Shown: in pieces, positions 52,301-63,946 of the stretch | How positions within the stretch are numbered: position 1 is the stretch's first letter | How the letters are laid out: every line of letters begins with the position of its first letter | Assembly: GCF_038025025.1 (NCBI RefSeq) | Contig: NW_027117338.1 | Span: 2,728,001-2,792,000 of the forward strand | DNA from: Phyllosticta citribraziliensis | Lineage: Eukaryota | Direction of reading: 5' to 3' | Length of the DNA stretch: 64,000 nucleotides | Made by a program: the position numbers and the translations under genes | The notes under the pieces: generated by a model | Told to the model about the DNA's origin: nothing | Databases searched by the model: none | What the model saw: the letters and a program-made list of their open reading frames with translations, nothing else

Positions 52301-53910
52301 CCTATCTCCCTCTCCCTCTGCCGAGCACCCGCACCGCTCCACTACGTCACGCACAGCTCAATGCCCGGCTGCCCCCCCCCCTTCCCTTCCCTGGTCGAGG
52401 CGGGCTCGGGCTTGGCCAGGCTAAAGCCACCGGCTAAATGCGGGACGCTGGTTCGCTCGCTCGCTCGCTTGTGGGAGGCGTGTGCGGGCAGGCGGGCAGG
52501 CGGGCAGGCGGGCAGGCGGGCGTTGGCGCGAGTGTCTGGAAAGGGCAATGTGGCAGGGGAAACGAGCGTGGGTACCCTTACCTGCTGGGGGCGTGGATGT
52601 GGCTGTTGCGTTGGCTGGGAGTGCTGGAGATGGTTTGGTTTGGTTTGGAAGAGGCGGGCGGAGAGGATGGTGGTGCGAATGGTGGATTGATTTGTCTGGT
52701 TGATTGAAGAGTTGTACGGCTACTCACTAGCTGGCCATCAGTCTGACATGACAAGCAGACAACGAGCAGAGTCGAGATGAAAAGCGCGTAGGTAGACGAA
52801 AGAGTGAGTGGTGGAAAAAGGAGAGAAGCAGGAGCACATGAGCAGATGAATAAAAGAGCGTATAAACAGCCAGGCGAACATACGGCGCACACTGTTTTCT
52901 CATCCTCTGCTACACACCGTCGCTCAGCAGCATAGCGTACAACTTGACTGGCAGCATCCTGTTCAATCACTCGCTCAACTTTCCAACGAGATGAGACAAG
53001 GCGAGACCAGAGCACGAGAACGGCAAAGTAATCAGGCACGGGCGCCAATCGACCGAGCGAACAAGAAGTCTTGGAAAAAGTAGATGTATTCACAGCCCAA
53101 CCTATTTTCGACATGAGAATGAGATACGCAGATATATTGCCAAATGCTTGTCTGCTAGCATAGTCGCAAGTTGTAAAGGCTCAGATGGCCACCATCCACA
53201 TCACGTATTCCCGATGCCGCGTCCCCCTGACCGACGCCCAAACCCGATAATACCGAGGGATACAGGACCAAAAGAGGAAAAGGAGTAAAGGGAGCAAAAG
53301 CAAAGAGCGACCATCCACACGGCAACGCCAGGTAGGTACGTAGACGAGACGAACATGTAGTTGTATGAGTGAGCAAAGCCACCCGTCAGCGAGCCGACGG
53401 CCCGCACCTCCGCCTCCCCAAGCCAGCGCATCCGCTCATCCGGCGGTCCGTACGATCACCCTCGTTGTCGAAGACGTTATCATCTTCCGTTGGTCCGTTC
53501 GCACGCAGCGCGAGCCGCTGTACGGTTGCGGGGAGGGTGAAAAAGCAAAAAGGGGACAGAAAAACAAACAATGATGGAAAAAAGAAAAGATCATGGAAGG
53601 TTCGACGGAATCTGAAACCCAGTGCGAAGGCGCAGGAGCGTTAGATAAGAGATGTGGAGCCGTGCAACGGCGACGGTGCGCCAGGGGGAAAACGGTCAGA
53701 CAGGGAGTCAGATGGGCGTCTCGGTGGTCGGCGATGGATTTGTGCTTGCGAAGCCCGTCTCCCCGGTCGTCCGTTGTTTTCGTCGAATGGAACCAAGTTC
53801 GGGGCGCGGAAACCGTTGCGGAGAAGCAAAAAAAGACCGTCCAGTCCGATCTGGTCCAAGTGGCATACAATGTCCTGGCCCAACCTCACCGGCCATGATC
53901 GCAATGCAAC

Positions 53911-54348
53911 TCAAGCAGGAGAAAAGTCGTCGGGACCGTCGCCCCGGCCGTAGTGCACAGGACAGACCTTGAGAAATCTGGGCGTCTGTGCAGCGGTAGC
54001 GGTAGAAGAAGAGCTGCTCGACCGGTTGCTGCTGACGCTAGGGGAGCGTGCCTTGGCGGAGGCATCCATCACGATTTCGGACCTGGCGGTGACCGGTGTC
54101 TCAGCCGCTGGGATGTACTCTGAGGTTGGCCTCAACTTGAGATCTGCCATGATGGCGGCCAAGTGTTCGGAAGAGGTGTTTTCTTTGCGAAAGGTGGAGA
54201 GCGTCTCGGCCCGATGGGCGTACGGGTAGTTGGAGGACGTCTCGGGACAAAGCACCAGGAAACCCATGGAGACCCTTGCAGTGGCCGTGGAGATGATGTC
54301 GAATTGCTCCTCGCCCTCGGTGTTGACGGGGTTGGTATGGTTGGCCAT
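53911..54348 (-). CDS. Small hypothetical protein (145 aa)
   Basis: Single exon with AAAATGG start context. Ends with an RSSSSSS tract and RFLKVCPVHYG..D. Followed by a long UTR-like region. Confidence 0.7.
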   Translation of the reverse strand: MANHTNPVNTEGEEQFDIISTATARVSMGFLVLCPETSSNYPYAHRAETLSTFRKENTSSEHLAAIMADLKLRPTSEYIPAAETPVTARSEIVMDASAKARSPSVSSNRSSSSSSTATAAQTPRFLKVCPVHYGRGDGPDDFSPA

Positions 54349-55932
54349 TTTGGGTTGAGGACAGGTGTCACCGGTTGATTGTTGAGATGAGCGGGTTTGT
54401 AGTTGCAATGGCAGTAGCTGGATGAGATGGCCAAGAAAGAAGGCAGATCGGCTCGCGTTTTTATGTTCAAGAGGTATTGCAGTTTGGACCAATGAAGCAA
54501 CACGTGGGAGCTATTCGTCTATCTGACCTCAGCTCGGCGACGGCGACTGGACAACGGAACAGCGAAATCCGGTTCAGGGAGTTTGGATTTGTGCGACCCT
54601 GGGATCCCGACGTGAGTCAACGACGACCGAGTCCGTTCAACGTCGGCGATGGCAACAGCGAAGGGTCGAGTTTAAATAGCGGTAGTTGGCGGTAGTCGCG
54701 ATTTATGGATGGATAGGCTACAGATCGGCCGCGGCAGGCGCGGGCCTCACCGGAGCAGCGGAAGGCCGTGGAGTTGACCCATGGGCTATGCGCGCCATCC
54801 GCTCTTGCTCGGAACGGCCGCTAGAGAAGTGACGAAGATATGTCGGGGACGACGCGGGGCTGCAGAGGCGAAACATGGCGCCAGTGTGGAAGAGGCTTGT
54901 TTCGGCGCTAGAGAGGAGGGCTTGCGACGCGGGATTGTGTCAGTTTGACGGCGACGAGGGCAGGAGGAGAGCCAAGACGGTGGACATGGCGCAAGGCACA
55001 GTAGTCGTTCGGGCAGTCGTGTGATGGTGTTGAGTTTTGAGAAGAGCGGCGGCCACGACTTTGGGGGGAGGTCGAGCGAGCGTCTTGCCGGATTGGGCCT
55101 AGCGAATGTTTGACCCCTGAACCTGAACTTGACGGCTGCGGGGAACTCAAACACCCACAGACCACGGACGCCCCAATTGACATGTCGTCTCGCCGTTTGA
55201 ATGTGCCAGGTGGTGGCCAGAGCAAAGAGAAACGACAAATGAAAAAAGGAAAAAGGAAAAAGGAAAAAGAAACGACGTGGAATGATGACTGCGGCGACCA
55301 GGGCCAGCTGTAAGGGAGAGGGAGAGAGACGTCTCCGGCTGTCCTTGCGTCGTCGTACGGCGCGGAAGTCGGGCTGCCTCGTGGAGACATGGCCTTTGAC
55401 AGGAAGCGTTTGTTATTTGATTGACTGGCGGATGACAATGGGGCGGTGGCCGTCGGTCCGTCTGAGCTGCGGTGCGGTGCGGTGCGGTGCGGTACGGTAC
55501 GGTACGGTCCTGTGGATGACGGTGCGGTGGTGGGAGCGGACAAGCCAGTCGACGGCAGGGCATGGGCATCTGAGTGAACTGAGGTTGTCCGCTCCCTGCA
55601 GCTTCGAGCAAATCCATGGTTCCTTGCCTGGTTCCCGCGCCTTCACGACGGGCACAGTAACTGTCCTGTCCCAACGCCTCTGTCTGTACCTACAGTCGTC
55701 CTACGACGGTATTTTATTAACTACCTAGCTTCTCTCCCAATCTGTCGGGCTGCCTCTGAATCCTTAAAAAAGACGTCTGCCTCTCGCCTCTCCCGCTTCC
55801 GCTCGCAATTTTCGACACGCGTCGCCCTTTGTCCAACGCCATTCCACCCGCAATCCATCTGTCCCTTCTTCCTCCCCTCCCCTCCCCCCCTCCTCCCCTC
55901 CCTCTCTCTCGCCCACCTTATCGTACTCGACC

Positions 55933-56079
55933 ATGTGCACCCGATTCGTACACACCTACGGCTGCGGTCACCAGGTCGTGGAAAAGGCCCCCTGCGCCAC
56001 TTCGCGGAGCGCCCCCTGCGGAGTCTTGAAAACAACCCATGTCAAACACGACGAAAAGTGTGACAGCTGTGATGGATGA
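55933..56079 (+). CDS. 48-aa Cys/His-rich microprotein, MCTRFVHTYGCGHQVVEKAPCATSRSAPCGVLKTTHVKHDEKCDSCDG
   Basis: ACCATG start context after a pyrimidine-rich leader; MC..CGH..C..C..CxxC pattern; UTR-like 3' flank. Too short to appear in the ORF track. Confidence 0.75.
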   Translation: MCTRFVHTYGCGHQVVEKAPCATSRSAPCGVLKTTHVKHDEKCDSCDG

Positions 56080-57232
56080 CCGGAGCGTGCGTCACTTCCA
56101 ATTTACATAATCTCCCTACCCTCGTCGAGACTCACACCTGACTTTCTTCCGCGCAGCCTGCCCACTACAATCCATAATACAACCACCAAAGCAACAACGC
56201 GGGCCGTTCTTCCTTTTTTCCACCCCTCTGCCGGCTTGCCCCCAATCACAGGGCAGCCGACCGGCCTCGCAGGCCCCCCCAATTCAGCACGACACGAGCA
56301 TATCACCGGCGTCACGGAGACAAAAAGTGCAGGCGTTTCAAGGGCATGGGAGTCCGTCTCGGATGATGACGATGCTGGCGTTTTGAAGGCCTGGGGTTTT
56401 GTGTTTCTTTTCATTCTGGAAATTTTCCTCGTCACTACCAATCCCGTCCTGGAGATTTTTTTTTTTTCTCTCTCTTTCTTTTTTCTCCCTCTCTTTCAAC
56501 ATTTCGTTCTGATAATGTCTCATCTTGCCCGCCGGTGGGCTGTACTGGTACCCATTCTGAGGGCGACGAGGGCCTGGGCGGAGGTGGGGTTTCGCAGCGG
56601 GACTGGGTCTGCAAGGAGAACTACCACGGCGCTGGCGAGCTTGAATGCAGTCATGTCCCGATTGTACTCGTTTTGTTATCCCCTCCATGTCTTGGAAATC
56701 TCAGGCAGAAATGACGGAGGACGGGCGGCTTCGGCGAGACGTGCGCAGAGCCCGCGAATCAAGCTCTGGACATGGTTTGTTGTGTGGGACGTCATGTAGC
56801 CGCGCAGAGAGTCATGTTGATACGTTAGAAGGCAGCAGGCGGACAAGAACAATGCATGTAGATTTTGCTCTCGTGAGAAGCAACAAGAGAAAGAAAGAAA
56901 AAAAAAAAAAAGTGGAGGAATCGAGGGGATGCAAAGGGCGCGCGAGGTTGGGCAGCCAACGGTGCTGCATGCATGCATGCATGCATTGCAAAGCTAAGCG
57001 CGTCGTCCGGAGCTGCGCAAGGTGCTGCCGATGGGATGGCGGCATGGCGACATGTACCTTAGCTGAATCGTCGATCATGCAGCTCCACCAAAGCGGATGC
57101 CACTGACATCAAGCTCATGTCGTCTCCTCGCTGAATTGAACTGAAGCCTCTTTCGGTCAAGAAGCGCCAAGCCTCGGCCCAAACTGAGCTTGTCGAGGCC
57201 GCTTCTGGACTTCCTCCATCAACGACATCGCC

Positions 57233-58504
57233 ATGTCCATTGACGTCAATTGGTCAAAACTCGCCGGCGGCGAAGAAAAGGTCCGCCAATTCATCCACGA
57301 CAAGTTCCAGCAGGTATGTACCCGCCGTCACTCGCAGCCGCCCGCCCGCCGCTTGACGCTCACCGTCAAGGTCACCCTACCACGCTTCATTCGCTCCGTC
57401 AAGGTCCACTCGTTCGACTTTGGCAGCGCCACTCCAGACATTGAGATCAAGGACATCTGCGACCCGCTGCCCGACTTTTACGACGACGATGATGACGACA
57501 ACCAAGACAACGACAGCCAACACGGCGACGACGATGATGAAGATGAAGAAGCCAAGACGCTGCGAGACCGCCGCCATCGGCCGCGGGAGCTTGCGGCGGA
57601 GCAGAAAAACCAACGCCCGCCTCCGCACGCAGACCCCAGACTTTCTTCGGCATCGCGGACAGGGCTGGCGCTAGGCGAGCCCCCGGGGAATCCGCTCTCG
57701 AGAGCTCCCACGCCCGCCATCCCCGGTGGCACTTCGAACATAAGCTACTTTCACTTGCCTCTCGGCGCCGGCTTGTCTGGTACCACCACTCCCTTTGCCG
57801 CCGTTGCCGGCGCACAGTTTCAAAACGGATGGCACGACCACCATCAACAATCCCATCATGCGGATCCCCCGCAAACTCCACCACGCAACCACTCGGCCTC
57901 CATCAGTTCCAACACACCGCCCTCGAGCACCGATCTCGACTCTCGCCCCCAAAGCCAGCACCAGCACGATGCTGCAATGCAGACTGCAGACGACGACTTC
58001 TCCGACTCGTCGCCTTCGACTCCGCCCATTCGTGAAGCCAGCCCCGAGGACATTCAGATTGTCTCCCACGTCCGCTACTCGGGCGACATCAAAATGGTCC
58101 TGACGGCTGAGATCAATCTCGACTACCCCATGCCCAGCTTTGTCGGAATCCCACTCAAACTGACCGTCACGGGGCTGACGTTTGACGGTGTTGCCATCCT
58201 AGCCTACATCAAGAAGCGTGCTCACTTTTGTTTCCTGTCTCCCGACGATGCCGACGCGCTGATTGGATCCGACGGCGGAGACGGGAGGCTTGCCGATGGT
58301 CAAACGGCGGTGAGTGGCAATCGGCGGCCCGCGGCCGGCGGCCTGCTCGAGGAAATCAAGGTCGAGAGCGAGATTGGCCAAAAAGAGCACGGCAAGCAGG
58401 TCCTCAAGAATGTGGGCAAGGTTGAAAAGTTCATTCTGGAGCAGGTGCGGCGGATATTCGAGGACGAGTTTGTCTACCCAAGCTTCTGGACTTTTCTGGT
58501 GTGA
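57233..58504 (+). CDS. MDM12: ERMES complex subunit Mdm12 (SMP domain)
   Basis: MSIDVNW...[26 protein letters not shown]...[12 protein letters not shown]...[15 protein letters not shown]...[34 protein letters not shown]; intron 57314-57370. Confidence 0.95.
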   Translation: [423 protein letters not shown]

Positions 58505-60337
58505 TGTCTCAGGACCGCGTGTTGTGCTGCCGTGCCCATTCCTGTCAGGAGATAGGGAGATTTGCAGTGCAACTTGTGAGCTGTCACCTGCATACTAGAC
58601 GGGAGCAACGAAGCGCAGCAGCGGGAGAGGCGCACAGCCGTGCAACGCCGTCAAGTCGGAAGGACGAGCCGGGCGCACGCACGCCATGCAGGGAGGACGA
58701 CCGTTGAAGTCAGACGATGGAGGGTTGCTTGCAGCACAGTCAACGGTGCTGCAGGACGCAGGTAATCTGCCACTGCCGACGTATCACCAATGCGACCCTA
58801 TAAGGATTATCGTCAGTTTTCAACTTGTCGACTTGCTTTCACTATGGCGGTGAGATCAGCAGGCCAACTCAATCCACTTGCACGGCTTCTTGTCCTTGCT
58901 CCAATCTCCTTCTTCCAACGCGCCCATTGGATCCCCGTCGCAGCATCGGCGACGCGCAAGAGAGCAAAAAAAGTCTCGCTGGAATGTTGATTCCATATGC
59001 TTGTGCGACCAGGAGAAATGCGGCCAAGGCGCGTCACCAGCGGGGCCTCGTGAGTTGGACTCCAACGACAGATACCAAAGCCGTAGCTTTGGAGCACGCA
59101 AGCCACCTTCCGTCGCGCAGGAGGGGAGAGAAAAAAAAAATTAAAAACTGTCATGACCTGCTTGACAGCTGCGGTGCAGCCCTGTATCCGTTGTCAGGAG
59201 ACGTCTTCCCTGTGTCGTATCGTCCGGCCCGAGCTGATCCTTCCGCTGTCTAGCCCTACGCGCAGACGTGGCAGGGCATCTCGCGAGAAAACACCCTGAC
59301 TACCCTTGGAATCCCCAACTCACTTCGGCTCGTTTCGCTCCGTCGCGGCGTCATCCGTCTTGCGTATTCAACAACTGGCGTCGAGGAGAGGGCGCCTGCA
59401 GGCCGATCACCCTGCCTGTTTCCCGTGCCCTGCCCCTGTCTGTCCTGTCTGCCCTCCCTTGTCCTCCCCCTGCCGGCCGGCCGGCTTGCGCTTTGCTCTG
59501 TAGAGCATAGCATAGCGACAGACGTCGGCGTAACGTGGGCACCTTGATGGCTGACCTGCCTTGTGGGCTTCATCTTTGTTGCGACCTCGGCTTGCTGGCA
59601 GCCAGACGCGCAAGGTGCCCGCCGCAGTGCCTTGTTATTCCCCTTATGGACTACCACTGGAGCACGGGGGTCTAGTTGTTTGTACAGCCTGGCTGGCAGG
59701 CAGGCTGTCTGGCACGGAATACCCATCACATCTCATCAAGCGCCATATCCTGATCTTCATCCATCCCCCCCACCGTCGGCCTTGTGTGTGCATGCACTGT
59801 AGCTACCTCGGGTATTCAGGCCTGTAGGTCGGCGCCATTTCGTCCGTTCTGCCAGCCAGCGGCGCCTCACACTCGCCGCATCAGCGACCTGCCGCCTACT
59901 CGCATGCCCACCTAGCCACACACATGCTTTGGATGGACGTCGGATAATATCGCAGACTGCCTAGGCCGACACCCGCTCGTTCCTCATGCCACATACGATA
60001 CGCCATCATTTATTACATACATGTGTACGTACATACATCATGTCCATGTCCAACACGGCTGTCAAGTAATATGTCCCGCGCTCCCCACCCCCAGCCCTCG
60101 CCCCACTCCCCGGCCAATCACGTCGATCAGCGCATCGCAGCGCAGTGCAGCGCGCTACTGCACGTCGCAGCAGCCACTCGACATGACGGGCATGACAGCG
60201 CAGGACAGCGCAGGCCGCAAATCAAACGGCCGGTGGAGTCGTCCAATGCCCTCCCCTCGCTGCCCTGCCCTGCCCTGCCCTGTCCGGCTTCGTTGACTGC
60301 CGCTTCCGCTGCCGCGCATGTCTGCCGTAAGGTGTCT

Positions 60338-61147
60338 TCATCTGGCTGGCTGGCTGGTGCTCTGGCCCGGCCGAATGGCTGTCCGGCCCGACGGCGAACT
60401 TGTGGGCCGACGTCGACCTTTTAGCACGCTTTCTTTGTCGTCGTAAATGTGTATGTCCATGGTGGAGTCTTTGCTCACTGCGCCAGAATGAGCGAGGTCA
60501 AGATCATCTTCTACGCTAGTATCTTTGTCTGGAAGCCTGTCTGCCTTTCTGGGAAATTGGAGCTGCTGCGGGAGGAGGTCGTGACGAGGATTTGTGGTGG
60601 CAGAGGGCGTGGTTTGGATTTTACGAGTTGATACCTGAAAACGGCGGGGAGCGAAGGATGGAAGACATTTTGTGTGAGTCCACCACAAAAATTTATGTTT
60701 CCTGTCTCTCCAGCCATACGTCTCTCTCTTCTCTGTCTCGCTGCCCTGATCACATTCTTGCCTCCGTCCTGTTTTGCTGTTGTCATAGCTTTGCACGGTG
60801 TTTGTAGAGTTGCTTCCAGGAGGCGACGTGCTTTTCGTTAGAACTATCCTGGCGAGTGTCGCGCTCGATTCAACGAGACCAAGAAACGCTCCGTCTTCTT
60901 CGTCGATGTGACTCTGAGCGTGGTCAACGCAGACAGCCATGGCCTTTGCCGAACCGCGCGGAGGATCGAAGACGCAGATGAAAGAGAAGCGACTGGAAAC
61001 CGCTGAGTTTGGGTCGACCTCTTTCCATAGAAGAGCATGGGCCATAGATGTCTCTGAGAATTGATTCTCGACTAAACTCAGGCCTTTTAGTTGTGGGTGA
61101 AGGAGTGAGTACATAAACAGTTCGCAGTAGGACTTCAAGTCATTCAA
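60338..61147 (-). CDS. Possible orphan ORF (269 aa), no recognisable domain
   Basis: ORF length and ATG start only. Confidence 0.25.
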   Translation of the reverse strand: MNDLKSYCELFMYSLLHPQLKGLSLVENQFSETSMAHALLWKEVDPNSAVSSRFSFICVFDPPRGSAKAMAVCVDHAQSHIDEEDGAFLGLVESSATLARIVLTKSTSPPGSNSTNTVQSYDNSKTGRRQECDQGSETEKRETYGWRDRKHKFLWWTHTKCLPSFAPRRFQVSTRKIQTTPSATTNPRHDLLPQQLQFPRKADRLPDKDTSVEDDLDLAHSGAVSKDSTMDIHIYDDKESVLKGRRRPTSSPSGRTAIRPGQSTSQPAR

Positions 61148-61426
61148 TGGATCTCAGACAGCCTGAGGTTGGACGTCGAACAAGTCCACCCAGCGCCTTC
61201 CACTCACGACAAACAGGGTAGGCCGCCATCTCAAGGCAAGTGCTCGCGCACAACCTGGCACCCCGACTTGCTGTCGCCTTTGTCCCACCTCACACCTCAC
61301 TCTTTTCATCCAAATCTCAATCCAGTCATTTCCCAGCCAACTGCCACAACATACAAAGTCACCCGTGAGCGGCTTCAGTACAGATTTTGTTTCCAATTCA
61401 ATGCTGACCTCCGAGCCAAGCAGAGC

Positions 61427-62818
61427 ATGTCTCGTCCAATGAAGCCTCCCGATGATGCGCGCTCCGCTCCTTCTCAATCGCCGGGATTTTGGTCGCAAAA
61501 CCACCTGCATATGCGTCCGCAGCAGGAGCTCCCATTATACCCAATGCTCATTCATGGCCACGGAGAAATCCAGCAAGAACGTTTATTGTACCCAAATCTC
61601 ATTCATGGCCATCATGACACCCAACAAGAGCGGTCGCAGTACCGGTCGACGAATTCTCACGAATACTACCGTGAGCAGCCGATCTATCAACAGAAGCCTC
61701 GCACAATGGCGCCGAAAGCCACGTCCCCAGCTCCTGTGCTGCCTCAGCTGAATGGCGAGCCATACATTCACCCCTCACGTATTTACGGTCGCCGGGCTTA
61801 TCCGCCCGAGTTCCCCTCTTCGTCAGAGTACTTTACCGAGGGAACAAGGACTTCGCGAAACACTCAGCCGTACACCTCGCAATACTCGGGCCTTCCTTAC
61901 GCTGCCCGTGAACAAACTGGTCGCGTCGGTGCCTACTACCGGCAGAACTACCCAAGGATGGAGTCAGAGACAAAGCCTTATGGCCAGCATGAGACTCTGC
62001 CTTATGCAGAGCCTTATCCACAGCCAGTCCGCTCAATCGAATCTGACCATGTCAGTCCGGCTACGCTCACCCGCAGCACTTCGGACACTACCTTGTCTGA
62101 GAAGAAACTTGATCTTGATGAAGATGATGCAACCCAACCCGAGGCTGTCATCACACCAGACTTGCCGGATGTCGACATTTGCGATGAGCGTTTGCCTGTG
62201 GATGTCAGGATGAATGCATGGCGGAAATTCAAGTCAGCCATGGACAAAGGCAAAAACAAATGGGTGAACAATGGTTGCCCACCCTGCCCGAACAACCACT
62301 GCCGGGCAATTCATCCACCTCCTTGCCGTACAATGAAGGCACTCAAGAAATTCACCAGAACTCTCGAGGCTGGACGGTGGCTTGAGGCTCACCAAGGCAA
62401 GCCTCCCTGCCTCAAATGTGGACAAGTTCACAAGGGTCCCTGTGTCGCTCCTCAATGCAACGAGTGCAAGGGCCACCACAAGGAAAAGTTCTCTTGTGAG
62501 ACTTCCCGGAAGAGAGTCAAAGTGGCCGAAGAGATGCACAGGAAGCTCGGGCAGTTGCAGATGCAGAAGTATGAGAAGCAACTGCAGCACCCGCTACCAC
62601 GGAAGCCCATGGCCGATGATCAGGACTTCGTCGCGTCTGCATTTCGAGGCATAATGGAGGCTCGCTTGTCCGGCATCTCCAGCGAAGAAGAAAAGAATCG
62701 TATCACGAGAAACTTCTTGGGCGAATTCGCGCAGTCCCTCCAGTCGAAACGCAAGCGCGACAAGGACGAGGATGAGGATGGCGGAAATCCTGCCCCCAAG
62801 CTGATCAAGTACGAGTAG
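61427..62818 (+). CDS. Hypothetical protein (about 463 aa) with Cys/His zinc-knuckle-like clusters and a C-terminal basic NLS-like motif
   Basis: Single long ORF, open from 61169 with the first in-frame ATG at 61427. Contains CPNNHCRAIHPPPC, CLKCGQVHKGPC, CNECKGHHKEKFSC and SKRKRD...PAPK. Confidence 0.7.
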   Translation: MSRPMKPPDDARSAPSQSPGFWSQNHLHMRPQQELPLYPMLIHGHGEIQQERLLYPNLIHGHHDTQQERSQYRSTNSHEYYREQPIYQQKPRTMAPKATSPAPVLPQLNGEPYIHPSRIYGRRAYPPEFPSSSEYFTEGTRTSRNTQPYTSQYSGLPYAAREQTGRVGAYYRQNYPRMESETKPYGQHETLPYAEPYPQPVRSIESDHVSPATLTRSTSDTTLSEKKLDLDEDDATQPEAVITPDLPDVDICDERLPVDVRMNAWRKFKSAMDKGKNKWVNNGCPPCPNNHCRAIHPPPCRTMKALKKFTRTLEAGRWLEAHQGKPPCLKCGQVHKGPCVAPQCNECKGHHKEKFSCETSRKRVKVAEEMHRKLGQLQMQKYEKQLQHPLPRKPMADDQDFVASAFRGIMEARLSGISSEEEKNRITRNFLGEFAQSLQSKRKRDKDEDEDGGNPAPKLIKYE

Positions 62819-63918
62819 CTGTGTGCATACTGCACAGTCGAGATGACATCTTCAGCTATTCTGTCGGACACACAACTCGGAGAACAGACAAGAGTCCCTC
62901 CCATCACAAGGCTAGTGGGGATTGGGGGCAGCCGAGCACTTGCGCTTGGTCGTTCGAGATATCCCAGAGGCTTCGGAAAAGTTTCGTCAACCTTCTATTT
63001 TCTTTCCAAGCTCATACATGTCCTCAGTCAAGAGAACTCGCAACTTCAGAACCCAATTATGATTGCCCTTCAGTCTTGTCTTGAACCGGACTTCCTTCTC
63101 GCATGTTTCGAACGCAGTGGGACATCGTGGAATGACTTCAGGAGTGGACGAGGACTCTCGATCGACGACAACTAAACCACATTATTCGACATGGTTGAAT
63201 GCTGCGACGCGATGTTGAAGGGGTTGATGTCTGCTAGACAGGGGAATCGAGGAAGGCTTGTCGCACAGTCCGGTTGCGGCGACAACGACGGGAATACCGA
63301 TGGTGGGATCCGAGGGCTGAACTCTCAGGCTTGATGCGATGAGATGGTAGGGCCTTGGAGTTTCTGAGGACACGGTGATTCGAAAGGAGGCGATGAAAAT
63401 CAGGTCGATTGAGGAGATGGTTTGGAAGTATTCAAACAACTCCAGCTATGTGGACAGAAAGACATCAAGGACACGAAAGAGTTTCGAATCATGGAAGCCA
63501 ATAGAGAAACATCAGAACTCTCATTAAAAGGTCGCGGACAACTATTCATTCCACACAGCGCGCACCACACCGGAAAGGCGAGCCAACCAATCTCACGACG
63601 CCGTCGTATCGGCCCAACGAAGCTTCCCCCACAGACCCCTGGCGATGGGAGCAGGGATAAAATAGTGCCCCAGACTACCTTAACCGGACATCATGGGAAT
63701 TCCACGTCTCACGCTCGCATCTTTGACCTATTTCTCTAGATCTCCCCATTTCCCCCGCGCCGGATGTTCCATATCGTTTGTCGTGGGCCGGTACAGCGGC
63801 GGGCTGACCCTGGCGATGCGATACCGAGCATCAATCGAGGAAGACGTGTGGCGTGAGGGAGGGCAGAGGCGCGGCGCGGCGGCAGGGCGACCCGCCCCGC
63901 TGTAATGGGAATAGTGCA

Positions 63919-63946
63919 AGTGGTGGTGGTGGTGGTGGTGGTGGTG
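63919..63946. repeat. (GTG)n microsatellite
   Basis: About nine tandem GTG units seen directly. Confidence 0.8.
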
